Shown piece after piece: positions 1 to 9,071 of a stretch of DNA of 48,421 bases. A model generated the notes under the pieces. That model was not told where the DNA came from. It ran no database searches and was given only the letters and a program-made list of their open reading frames with translations. This DNA is from a virus (taxonomy: Duplodnaviria; Caudoviricetes): the IMG/VR virus record IMGVR_UViG_3300030104_004938, positions 1 to 48,421 of that record; one strand, written 5' to 3'. The translations under genes were made by a program, and so were the position numbers. The stretch's first letter is position 1. The number at the start of each line of letters is the position of its first letter.

Positions 1-669
1 ACAGATTTAACTATTTCTGCTTCTGCACTTGCAACGATTGATGCTGGCACAGATATTACTTTAGATGCAGATGGTGGAGATATTTTCTTCAAAGATGGTG
101 GTACGACTTTTGGTAGTGCTACAAACACAAGTGGAAATTTAATAATTAAATCAGGAACAACGACAGCGTTAACTTTTAGTGGTGCAAATGCTACCTTCGC
201 AGGAACGCTTGCAACAGCAGCAGGTGGACTTAATGTAGCTGGTTTAGATATAGATGGTGCAACAGACATTGGTGCAGACATCGTAGATGCAGATTTATTT
301 ATAATAGATGATGGAGCAGGCGGAACTAATAGAAAAACGACTGCTGCTAGACTTAAAACATATATTGGTGGTGGAACTTCTTGGCAAGCTGTTAAAACTG
401 CTAACTTTACAGCAGCAGCAGGACAAGGTGTATTTTGTAATACAACAAGTTCAGCATTTACAATTACATTACCCGCAGGAACAATTGGAGATGAAGTTTC
501 TATTATAGATTATGCAGGAACTTTTGATTCAAATAATCTTACAGTTGCTGCAGATGGTTCAGAAAAAATTCATGGTTCAACAGACGACTTAACCGTAGCA
601 ACAGAAAGAGCGGGCTTTACATTGGTATTTACAGATAGTACTCAGGGCTGGCTATTAAAGGATAAATAG
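1..669 (+). CDS. Tail fibre protein, C-terminal part (5' truncated)
   Basis: Frame 1 is open from base 1 to TAG 667-669 (TDLTISASALATIDAG...FTAAAGQGVFCNTTSSAFTITLP...DYAGTFDSNNLTV...FTLVFTDSTQGWLLKDK). G/T/A/D-rich with a C-terminal domain typical of marine phage fibres. Not in the ORF track. Confidence 0.8.
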   Translation, partial: TDLTISASALATIDAGTDITLDADGGDIFFKDGGTTFGSATNTSGNLIIKSGTTTALTFSGANATFAGTLATAAGGLNVAGLDIDGATDIGADIVDADLFIIDDGAGGTNRKTTAARLKTYIGGGTSWQAVKTANFTAAAGQGVFCNTTSSAFTITLPAGTIGDEVSIIDYAGTFDSNNLTVAADGSEKIHGSTDDLTVATERAGFTLVFTDSTQGWLLKDK

Positions 670-672
670 TCC

Positions 673-1644
673 ATGACAACTTATAAAGGTATAAAAGGAC
701 TGTCGATTCAAACGGTAGCTGGTGATCCTAGTAATTTAGGAGCTGGAGATATTTGGTATGATAGTGCTGCTAAAAAAATACAAGGAGCTAAATTAGCTGA
801 TGGTTCATGGGCATCAGGTGGAAATTTAAATACAGCACGAAGAGCACTTAGAGGATGTGGCACACAAACAGCAGGTTTAGTTTGTGCAGGTGCTACTTCT
901 GCTATTACAGAAGAATACGATGGTTCATCTTGGACTGAAAGCGGAGACTTAGGAACAGCAAGATATGCTGGATCACACTCAGGCATTCAAACAGCATCAG
1001 TATATGCAGGAGGTTTTGATGATCCAGGAGCTTGTATTGCAAATTCAGAAGAATATAATGGTAGCACTTGGACTGAAGGCAACAATTTAGGAACAGGTAG
1101 ATATTTTGTAGCAGGACTTGGAACTCAAACAGCAGCTTTTGCAACAGGTGGAGGACCAAACTCTCCACGTAATGCGGCAAATATAGTTGAGTCTTATGAT
1201 GGAACTTCGTGGACTGAAACAACAGATTTTAATACAGCTAAAAAAAGACATGGAGCATCAGGAACTACAACAGCAGCTTTAGTTTTTGGTGGTGATTCTC
1301 CTGGAGCTACAGCTACAACTGAAACATACGATGGATCTTCTTGGACAGAAGTAGGCGACTTAAATACGGCAAAAATGGGTATAGCAGGATTTGGAACTAA
1401 CACTGCAGCACTTGCCGCTACTGGAGGACCAGGGCCTTCTCCACCTTTTACAGTAAATGTAGAACAATGGGATGGAACAAGTTGGACAGAAACTTCTAAT
1501 GTAAGCACTGGTAGAAGACAATCAGCAGGGGCAGGAACTACTGCTTCAGGTTTTGTAGCGGGTGGAGATGCAGCACCTGTTACTACCGCTACAGAAGAAT
1601 GGACAGGACCTGCAACTGCAGCAGTAACATTTACATCGAGTTAA
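673..1644 (+). CDS. Kelch-like 6-blade beta-propeller virion protein (putative receptor-binding protein)
   Basis: Six ~45-aa repeats of E.YDG.SWTE..DLNTAR....G.GTQTA....GG; lies among tail genes. Confidence 0.75.
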   Translation: MTTYKGIKGLSIQTVAGDPSNLGAGDIWYDSAAKKIQGAKLADGSWASGGNLNTARRALRGCGTQTAGLVCAGATSAITEEYDGSSWTESGDLGTARYAGSHSGIQTASVYAGGFDDPGACIANSEEYNGSTWTEGNNLGTGRYFVAGLGTQTAAFATGGGPNSPRNAANIVESYDGTSWTETTDFNTAKKRHGASGTTTAALVFGGDSPGATATTETYDGSSWTEVGDLNTAKMGIAGFGTNTAALAATGGPGPSPPFTVNVEQWDGTSWTETSNVSTGRRQSAGAGTTASGFVAGGDAAPVTTATEEWTGPATAAVTFTSS

Positions 1645-1646
1645 TT

Positions 1647-3449
1647 ATGACAACATACAAAGCAATACATGGAAAATTAGTACAGTCTCTGGCTTCAGAT
1701 CCAGATTCTGCAGCTTATGAAGGACAAATTTGGTTTAATAGTACGTCTGGTGATTATAAGACGATTGTTAAAGTAGATGGAACCTGGTCAACAGGTGGAA
1801 ATTTAAATCAAGCAAGAAATAGTTTAATGGGAGCTGGAGATAGTGTTTCTGCTGCTTTAGCTTTTGGTGGAACACATCCACCATCTGTATATGATGCTTT
1901 ATCAGAAGAATATAATGGTTCAACATGGACAGAAGGAAATAATTTAAATAATTCAAGATATAATGGCGGAGGTTGTGGAACACAAACTTCAGCTTTGTGC
2001 ACGGGCGGACGAGATGGAGATAACTCTTACTATGCAATTAACGAATCTTATAATGGTACATCGTGGACAGAAGTTGGAGATTTAAATACTGGTAGACACG
2101 GTATTAGAAATGCAGGAACTGCAACAGCAGCTATTGCTGCAAATGGAAGAGTTAATCCTAATGCTATCACATTAGTTGCAGAACAATGGGATGGTTCTAG
2201 TTGGACAGAGGTAGGAGACATGAATACAACTCGTCATGAAACTGCCGCATCAGAAAGTGGAACATCTACTGCATCTATAATATTTGGTGGAGTAGCTCCT
2301 CCAGGACCTGCTGGTGTAGGTAATACAGAATCTTGGAATGGTAGTTCATGGACAGAAGTTAATGATATGAACAATGGAAAAAAACAAATAAATGGCGCTG
2401 GAACGCAGAATGCCGCTTATGCTTACGCTGGTTATCCTGGAAATACAGGAGAATATTTTGATGGTACTTCTTGGACTGAAATAGCACAATTATCTACGAC
2501 ACGATGGACAGCAGCGGGTGCTGGTACAGTATCATCTGCTTTTTGTGCAGGTGGAGATTCTGATCCTGGTAATGTAGCAACGACCGAAGAATGGGATTGG
2601 TCAGTTACCCTTGCTGCTGGTGCATGGGCTTCAGGAACTGCTATGAATACTACACGACACAGAGGGTCTGGAACTGGAACACAAACAGCGGGTATTGTAT
2701 TTGGAGGTACTAGTGATGGGTCTCCTGATGCAGATACAGCAGATACAGAAACTTACGATGGTTCATCATGGACTGAAGTTAATAATATGGTTAATGCTTT
2801 AACTAAACGAGCTAGTGCACAAAGTGGAACTCAAACTGCTGCTTTAGCTGCAGGTGGACAATCTCCTAGAACAGCAAATAGTGAAGAGTGGGATGGCACA
2901 AACTGGGCAGAAGGTAATAATTTAAATACAGCGAGAGGAGGTCCTGCTGGGGCAGGTACTCAAACAGCAGCTCTTGTATTTGGAGGGGACACTCCCCCTG
3001 AAACAGCAGTTGCAGAATCTTATGATGGTTCTTCATGGACAGAAGTTGCAGATTTAAATACTGCAAGAGGAGATCATGCGGGGCTAGGATTACAAACAGC
3101 AGCTTTAGCCGCAGGAGGATACGGCGGAGGAGCCACACAAGGGGTGGTGGAAGAATGGGATGGTTCAAGTTGGACAGAAGTTGGAGATTTAAATTCTGGA
3201 AGATATCAGATATACGGAACTGGAATAATAACTGCCGGAATAGTTATGGCAGGTGTTCCTACAACAGGAAAAACAGAAGTGTGGGATGGCACAAGCTGGA
3301 CAGAAGTTGCAGATATACCCACAGCGACAAATGGAGTTTCTGGTTTTGGAACGTCCTCATTAGCCGTTGCTGCAGGAGGCGGGGATGAACAATTAGACCA
3401 CGTTTTTGAATGGACTGTAGGACAAAACATTAAGACAATAACTGACTAG
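1647..3449 (+). CDS. Double Kelch-like beta-propeller virion protein (12 blades)
   Basis: Twelve blade repeats. Start moved to 1647 (MTTYKAIHG) because it matches the N-termini of the two paralogs. Confidence 0.75.
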   Translation: MTTYKAIHGKLVQSLASDPDSAAYEGQIWFNSTSGDYKTIVKVDGTWSTGGNLNQARNSLMGAGDSVSAALAFGGTHPPSVYDALSEEYNGSTWTEGNNLNNSRYNGGGCGTQTSALCTGGRDGDNSYYAINESYNGTSWTEVGDLNTGRHGIRNAGTATAAIAANGRVNPNAITLVAEQWDGSSWTEVGDMNTTRHETAASESGTSTASIIFGGVAPPGPAGVGNTESWNGSSWTEVNDMNNGKKQINGAGTQNAAYAYAGYPGNTGEYFDGTSWTEIAQLSTTRWTAAGAGTVSSAFCAGGDSDPGNVATTEEWDWSVTLAAGAWASGTAMNTTRHRGSGTGTQTAGIVFGGTSDGSPDADTADTETYDGSSWTEVNNMVNALTKRASAQSGTQTAALAAGGQSPRTANSEEWDGTNWAEGNNLNTARGGPAGAGTQTAALVFGGDTPPETAVAESYDGSSWTEVADLNTARGDHAGLGLQTAALAAGGYGGGATQGVVEEWDGSSWTEVGDLNSGRYQIYGTGIITAGIVMAGVPTTGKTEVWDGTSWTEVADIPTATNGVSGFGTSSLAVAAGGGDEQLDHVFEWTVGQNIKTITD

Positions 3450-3475
3450 ACAAATGGAAGGTAAACAAATATAAA
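3447..3475 (+). promoter_or_regulatory. Sigma70-like promoter, probably leaderless transcript
   Basis: TAGACA-17 nt-TATAAA, with the ATG at 3482 only 6 nt downstream. Confidence 0.45.
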
Positions 3476-3481
3476 TAAATT

Positions 3482-3796
3482 ATGGCAAACGATATCTATA
3501 ACTACAGCGTAATGACGAATACTGGCAAAGGCTTTATCACAAATGAGGATAGTAGAGCTTTTTGGACAAGAAGTTTTCGTGGAAATGTGTGGGTTGCAAC
3601 CGATGTAAGAGAATCAAGACATTGGGTGGCAAGACACAATGGTGTTTCTAAAACAAAAGCAGAAGCACAGGCTATTTCAGATGCAGTAACTGATACACTT
3701 CAAACAACATGGGATGATGATAATGTTGGTGGTGAGTCATCAGCAGAAAAAATTACAAGATTAGGTGGAAGACCTGTAGATGAGGTACTTCCTTAG
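3482..3796 (+). CDS. Small tail-associated protein, paralog A
   Basis: 104 aa; shares GKGFIT..DSR.FW.R...GNVWV and WD.DNV.GESSAEKI.RLG..P with the next ORF. Confidence 0.7.
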   Translation: MANDIYNYSVMTNTGKGFITNEDSRAFWTRSFRGNVWVATDVRESRHWVARHNGVSKTKAEAQAISDAVTDTLQTTWDDDNVGGESSAEKITRLGGRPVDEVLP

Positions 3797-3805
3797 GAGA
3801 TTGAT

Positions 3806-4126
3806 ATGGCAACAGATAAAGGTTTTTTTAATTATTGGGTAGTAGAAAATTCTGGAAAAGGATTTATCACTCATACCGATAGTCGTAAGTTTTGGATAAG
3901 AGGTTATCCTGGAAATGTATGGGTATGTGATGATATACCTGAATCAAGAGATTGGGGTGCAAGAAATAGTGCAGCAACAAAAACAAAAACACAAGCACAA
4001 ACAATAGTTACAGGTGTTGTTAATGATGCACAAGATGCATGGGATAATGATAATGTTGATGGAGAATCTTCAGCGGAAAAAATTGACAGATTAGGAAACA
4101 AACCCTCAAACATAACTCTTCCCTAA
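3806..4126 (+). CDS. Small tail-associated protein, paralog B
   Basis: 106 aa tandem paralog; AGGAG RBS. Confidence 0.7.
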   Translation: MATDKGFFNYWVVENSGKGFITHTDSRKFWIRGYPGNVWVCDDIPESRDWGARNSAATKTKTQAQTIVTGVVNDAQDAWDNDNVDGESSAEKIDRLGNKPSNITLP

Positions 4127-4136
4127 AGGAATTTAA

Positions 4137-5096
4137 ATGGCAACTTACAAAGAAATAAGAGGAGTAAATATTCAGTCTCTTGAAGCAGATCCTACGGCTG
4201 TTGAAGGAGATGTTTGGTATAATGCTAGCTCAGGCAAACTTAGAATGTATGCTGCAGTTGGTTCTTGGTCAACTAATGGTGATATAAATCAAGGCAGATA
4301 TGCAGGAGGAAGTGGAACTGAAGCACCTGGTACTGCTGGATTAATTTTTGCAGGAGAAGCTCCAGACTATGATAATACTGAAACATATGATGGCTCAACA
4401 TGGACAGAAGTAAATAATTTAAATACAGCAAGAGGTAATCTTGCTGGAGCTGGAACACAAACAGCAGGTTTGTGTGCAGGAGGATCAGTTAGTCCTCAAG
4501 GACAATCAGAAGAATTTGATGGTACAAATTGGGCAGAAGGAAATGACTTAAATACAGCAAGAGCAGGTCTTACTGGAAATGGAACACAAACAGCTGCTTT
4601 AGGTACAGGAGGAAAAATTGGAGAAAATTTTCAAACAATTAATGAACTTTATAATGGAACATCTTGGTCAGAATCAGGTGATTTAAATACAGCACGTGCT
4701 TATCATACTACAGCAGGAGATTCTACAGCAGGATTAGCTGCTGGGGGTTCTTCTCCTTATACAGTAAATAGTGAAGAGTTTAATGGTTCATCATGGACTG
4801 AAGGAAATAATTTAAATGCAGCTAAAGCTTATATTATGGGAGGATTTGGAACACAAACTGCATCATTAGTATCTGGAGGATATAGCCCTAGTGCTACTTT
4901 TGCTACAACAGAACAATACGATGGAACAAGTTGGACTGAAGTTGGAGATTTACCAACAGCAACACGTCATCATTTTGGATCAGGATCAACATCTGCTGGA
5001 TTAGCTGCTGGTGGTAGAAGTGCACCTGGTAGTACATTAACAGAAGGGTATGAATGGTTAGAAGCAGCATCCGCAGAAACAGTAGCATTTGACTAA
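4137..5096 (+). CDS. Kelch-like 6-blade beta-propeller virion protein
   Basis: Six blade repeats; N-terminus MATYKEIRGVNIQSLEADP is shared with the other two. Confidence 0.75.
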   Translation: MATYKEIRGVNIQSLEADPTAVEGDVWYNASSGKLRMYAAVGSWSTNGDINQGRYAGGSGTEAPGTAGLIFAGEAPDYDNTETYDGSTWTEVNNLNTARGNLAGAGTQTAGLCAGGSVSPQGQSEEFDGTNWAEGNDLNTARAGLTGNGTQTAALGTGGKIGENFQTINELYNGTSWSESGDLNTARAYHTTAGDSTAGLAAGGSSPYTVNSEEFNGSSWTEGNNLNAAKAYIMGGFGTQTASLVSGGYSPSATFATTEQYDGTSWTEVGDLPTATRHHFGSGSTSAGLAAGGRSAPGSTLTEGYEWLEAASAETVAFD

Positions 5097-5117
5097 GTAT
5101 TAAAAAAAGAGTATACA
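5089..5117 (+). promoter_or_regulatory. Sigma70-like promoter for the modification operon
   Basis: TTGACT-17 nt-TATACA just upstream of ATG 5126. Confidence 0.55.
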
Positions 5118-5125
5118 CTTTCTAT

Positions 5126-5812
5126 ATGAAAGAGAAAAGAAACATACACGAACTTATTGTAAAAGAAGAACCTCATCTTAATGAGATATTAGATCCTGAA
5201 CAGGTATCTAAATTTAAAGAATTAACGAACGAGTTAAGAGACACTTGGACTAAAAAACAAATGTTTCGAACTAAAACAGAAATGGAATTTTCTGTATTGA
5301 ATGATGCTAAGTATCCTACAAACGCGGCTAAATATTGGCAATGTGTAAGAGAACAAAATACACATATGGAAAATCTAATGCACTTATCTTTTGAAGCCCG
5401 TAAAAATGATATTGAAATAAAACAAAAATTAAAAGAATTAGAAGAAGAAAAAGATGAGTTAAAAAAAGAACTTATTCAAGTAGAAATAGACGAAAAAACT
5501 TACAGCAAAGCAACAATGCAACTTGTAGCTTCTCACCGTATGAGAGAAGTTACCGAGTGGTCAAACTTTAAAAAGATTTATAATGATGGTACTTTTGATG
5601 ATAAGAACGTCGATACTCATCAACTCTTATCTTATAAGAAAATAATGAAGAATAGACAAAACACACTTACACCAGGCTCTTCTCAACCTGAAGTCTTTAA
5701 TGTACTAGGCCAAATGCAATCTATTGAGAGAATAGAAGAAGAAAGAAAAGCTTTAGGTCACGAACAAAAGAAAGCTATCAGTGAAACACCCAAATACGGC
5801 AAACAAGGATAA
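5126..5812 (+). CDS. Hypothetical coiled-coil protein
   Basis: 228 aa, E/K-rich helical middle; first gene of an overlapping-gene operon. Confidence 0.65.
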   Translation: MKEKRNIHELIVKEEPHLNEILDPEQVSKFKELTNELRDTWTKKQMFRTKTEMEFSVLNDAKYPTNAAKYWQCVREQNTHMENLMHLSFEARKNDIEIKQKLKELEEEKDELKKELIQVEIDEKTYSKATMQLVASHRMREVTEWSNFKKIYNDGTFDDKNVDTHQLLSYKKIMKNRQNTLTPGSSQPEVFNVLGQMQSIERIEEERKALGHEQKKAISETPKYGKQG

Positions 5813-6575
5813 ACAAATCTATTTTCTTTGTGCGATGCCTCGATCGGGGAATACTCTGTTCGCATCGCTCATGAATCAAAATCCAGATATTGCTGTTACG
5901 GCTAACAGTATCACTTTGGAAATTATGAAAGATTTATTTTTATTAAAGAAAAAAGATGTTTTTCAAAATTTTCCTGACGAACAATCTTTAGATAATGTTA
6001 TGAATGAAGTTTATAATCTTTATTATAAACATTGGAATTATAAAATTATTATTGATCGAGGACCTGTTTGTACACCAGGAAATTTAAAAGTGATGCAAAA
6101 ACATTTTAAACATCCGCTTCGTTGCGTTGTTTTAGTACGAGATGTACTTGATGTATTAGCTTCATATATTAAATGGTTTGAAAAAGAACCCACGGCTTTT
6201 CCAAATCGATATAAAACACTAGATGAAAAACTAAGTCATATTATGCATAAGAATGGAGCGATGGCTAAAGAGTTGATGTCAATACAATATTTACTTAATC
6301 ACTCTGACATGGCTGTGTTTATTAAGTATGATGACCTAGTTATAAATCCAGAAAAAGAATTAAGAAAAGTTTATAATTTTTTAAACCTTCCATACTATCA
6401 ACATCAGTTCACTAATTTAAATCAAATTATTGTAAATGGAGTACAATATAATGATAGCATTGTAGGAAAAAATATGCATACTATACGCACCGAAAAAGTG
6501 ATGAAAGTAGAGAATGAGTATAAAAATAAAATACCAGAAAGATTTGTAAAGGAATATGGACACATTCGATTTTAA
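5781..6575 (+). CDS. PAPS-dependent sulfotransferase
   Basis: 5'-PSB motif AMPRSGNT, 3'-PB-like LVRDVLDVLAS, and KYDDLV..P. Exact start uncertain (GTG). Confidence 0.8.
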   Translation: MKHPNTANKDKQIYFLCAMPRSGNTLFASLMNQNPDIAVTANSITLEIMKDLFLLKKKDVFQNFPDEQSLDNVMNEVYNLYYKHWNYKIIIDRGPVCTPGNLKVMQKHFKHPLRCVVLVRDVLDVLASYIKWFEKEPTAFPNRYKTLDEKLSHIMHKNGAMAKELMSIQYLLNHSDMAVFIKYDDLVINPEKELRKVYNFLNLPYYQHQFTNLNQIIVNGVQYNDSIVGKNMHTIRTEKVMKVENEYKNKIPERFVKEYGHIRF

Positions 6576-7215
6576 ATCTATTTGGTTAGGACAAACCATT
6601 TTAAAATATCAAGTTCCTTTAGATATTTTTAAAGCGCTTAATGGGATATATGAAAATAATTTTGTTAATCTTCCTGATGCTCATAAACAATTAGTGGGTA
6701 AGATAAAAAAAGAAAATTCTTTATTTTATGGAGGAAATAAAAATAGCAAAATGCATCCTCATAACACGCTTCCGTTTTATGTTTTAAATTGGTTTAAAAG
6801 TGTTTTTGAACATTACTTAGCTTTTAATAAAATTTATGAATATAAACTTGCTTTGCAGTCTATATGGGTTAATGAAATGAAAGCAGGAGAATACAATCCT
6901 ATTCATATTCATCAAGGAACTCTTTATACAGGGCTTTCATCTGTGATGATATTAAAACTTCCAACAGACATGGGCCTTGAACATGCTAGAGATGATATTC
7001 CTATGAACGGTAGACTACAAATTATGGGTTCAGCTAACGGACAGTTTGCTAAAACAGATTATTCTCCTAAATCAGAAGAAAGAGATTTTTATATTTTTCC
7101 TTATGATATGAGACACTGTGTTTATCCTCATACCAATCCTAATGCAGTAAGACGTACGCTTGCAGCTAACATGGATGTTGATTATAATCCCGTAGCAACA
7201 AGGACAGCAGGATGA
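6556..7215 (+). CDS. 2OG-Fe(II) oxygenase (HxH type)
   Basis: WVNEMKAGEYNPIHIH ... IFPYDMRHCVYP ... RRTLAAN. Confidence 0.7.
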   Translation: MDTFDFKSIWLGQTILKYQVPLDIFKALNGIYENNFVNLPDAHKQLVGKIKKENSLFYGGNKNSKMHPHNTLPFYVLNWFKSVFEHYLAFNKIYEYKLALQSIWVNEMKAGEYNPIHIHQGTLYTGLSSVMILKLPTDMGLEHARDDIPMNGRLQIMGSANGQFAKTDYSPKSEERDFYIFPYDMRHCVYPHTNPNAVRRTLAANMDVDYNPVATRTAG

Positions 7216-7793
7216 ATCCAACAGAACCTACTTGGAAAAGCTATATTGTAGAAACAACACAACCTATTTTTACACCACAGCAATGTCAGTTAGTAATTAA
7301 CAAAGGCATGAGTTTAAAAAAAGAAGAGGCTAAAGTGGGTATGAATCGACCTGAAGGAGGACTTGATATTAAAAAAAGAATTACATCTATTAGTTGGATA
7401 CCTTTTAAAGATATGCCAGAAATGTACAAAGACATTGAAGCCACTATGTTAAAAGCTAATAATAATCATTTTGGTTTTGATGGTATGCGATTAACAGAAA
7501 TTGCACAGTTTACACATTATCTTACAGGTGGATTTTATGATTGGCATATGGATAATGATGTATTAGGAAAACATCAACCTCCTGTTCGTAAAATATCGAT
7601 GACTCTTTTATTATCTGATCCTTCTACGTTTGAAGGTGGAGAACTAGAATTCATGCACAAAGGAAAAACCGCAAAATTAAAACAAGGCCAAGCTATATTC
7701 TTTGCCAGTTGGTTACAACATCGAGTTAAACCAGTTACCAAGGGTGAAAGAAAATCTTTAGTTATGTGGTTTGGAGGGCCTCCATTTAAATGA
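7212..7793 (+). CDS. 2OG-Fe(II) oxygenase, prolyl 4-hydroxylase/PKHD-like
   Basis: YDWHMD, RKISMTLLL, FEGGELEF, HRVKPVTKGERKSLVMW. Confidence 0.85.
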   Translation: MNPTEPTWKSYIVETTQPIFTPQQCQLVINKGMSLKKEEAKVGMNRPEGGLDIKKRITSISWIPFKDMPEMYKDIEATMLKANNNHFGFDGMRLTEIAQFTHYLTGGFYDWHMDNDVLGKHQPPVRKISMTLLLSDPSTFEGGELEFMHKGKTAKLKQGQAIFFASWLQHRVKPVTKGERKSLVMWFGGPPFK

Positions 7794-8374
7794 TTACGGA
7801 GTATCATTTTCCAACACCTGTTTACATCAAAGAAATTCCTAATGCTGTAGAACTTAATCACTATTTAGAAAAACAAATTTTAAAATGGAATAAAGAAGAT
7901 CCCAAAGGCGTGAGTAAAACTAATGCAGGAGGTTGGCATAGCACAACGGATATGAACAAAAAGCAAGAGTATGATCCTTTATCAAAAGAACTTTTTAATA
8001 TGCAGGATGAGATTTTTCAAAAAGAATATTTAACTATGAAACCTGTGCTGGGAAATATGTGGGCTAATATTAATCCCCCAGGAGGATTTAATAGACCTCA
8101 TCTACATCCTAATAGTTTATTTTCAGGAGTGTATTGGATTAAAGCTCCTAAAAAATCTGGTAATTTAATGTTATACGAGCCTAGACCTGGCGCACAATGT
8201 ACAATGCCAAATAGAAAAGAAGGAAAACTACCCTCTCAATTATGGAGAGAAGTACATTATGAACCTAAAGCAGGAACTTGTATTATGTTTCCATCTTGGT
8301 TATGGCATGAAGTGAAACCTAATAATAGTAATGATATACGAATATCCGTATCTTTTAATTTTTTACAACGATGA
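7790..8374 (+). CDS. 2OG-Fe(II) oxygenase (TIGR02466-like)
   Basis: WANINPPGGFNRPHLHPNSLFSGVYW ... FPSWLWHEV ... RISVSFN. Confidence 0.8.
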   Translation: MITEYHFPTPVYIKEIPNAVELNHYLEKQILKWNKEDPKGVSKTNAGGWHSTTDMNKKQEYDPLSKELFNMQDEIFQKEYLTMKPVLGNMWANINPPGGFNRPHLHPNSLFSGVYWIKAPKKSGNLMLYEPRPGAQCTMPNRKEGKLPSQLWREVHYEPKAGTCIMFPSWLWHEVKPNNSNDIRISVSFNFLQR

Positions 8375-9024
8375 GTTTATTTAAACAACATAAATATGTG
8401 GTTATACGAAACGCTATATCCTTTGAGTTAGCTAACTTTGCTTTTAATTATTTTTTAATGAAACGTGATGCAACACAATGGATGCATAAAAACAATTACG
8501 TATCTGAATTTACACCTGGTTTTGGCACATGGAAAGATAAACAAGTTCCCAATACTTACTCCGTTTATGGAGATACCTTTATGGAAACGTTAATGATGAA
8601 AGTCTTACCGGTCATGGAAAAACATACTGAATTAAAACTATTACCAACGTACACTTATACTAGGGCTTATAAAAAAGGAGATATATTACACCGACACAAA
8701 GATCGACCAAGTTGTCAAATCTCAACGACACTGCATTTAGGAGGCAATGAATGGCCTATTTACCTTGATCCAACAGGTGCGGATAATATTTTATCAGGCC
8801 GAGAAACAACAACCGTAGTCAAACCTAATGCACCACAAGGCGAGCGAGTAGACCTAAAAATAGGAGATATGCTGGTTTATAGTGGTTGTGAGCTAGAACA
8901 CTGGCGAGAAGCTTTTGAAGGAAACGTTTGCGTTCAGACGTTTTTACACTATAATGATGCTCAAGGTAGATTTGGTCAAGAGAATATCTTTGACAAAAGA
9001 CCTATGTTGGGTATACCAAAATAG
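8371..9024 (+). CDS. 2OG-Fe(II) oxygenase (phage type)
   Basis: YKKGDILHRHKDRPSCQISTTL (HxD) ... GDMLVYSGCELEHWRE. Confidence 0.7.
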   Translation: MSLFKQHKYVVIRNAISFELANFAFNYFLMKRDATQWMHKNNYVSEFTPGFGTWKDKQVPNTYSVYGDTFMETLMMKVLPVMEKHTELKLLPTYTYTRAYKKGDILHRHKDRPSCQISTTLHLGGNEWPIYLDPTGADNILSGRETTTVVKPNAPQGERVDLKIGDMLVYSGCELEHWREAFEGNVCVQTFLHYNDAQGRFGQENIFDKRPMLGIPK

Positions 9025-9071
9025 TTGATCCTACCTACATTTTAGTATAATTAAATACAAAGAGATTTTGT

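Noticed and set aside
308-508. 66-aa track ORF
   Set aside because: Out-of-frame shadow inside the frame-1 tail fibre gene.
1599-1646. Upstream start for the 616-aa ORF
   Set aside because: Overlaps the previous gene; ATG 1647 matches the paralog N-termini.
673-5096. Diversity-generating retroelement acting on the propellers
   Set aside because: No reverse transcriptase and no template/variable repeat pair with adenine-specific differences seen.
708-5118. Many minus-strand and alternate-frame ORFs over the propeller genes
   Set aside because: Shadows of repetitive coding sequence with no RBS or protein-like composition.
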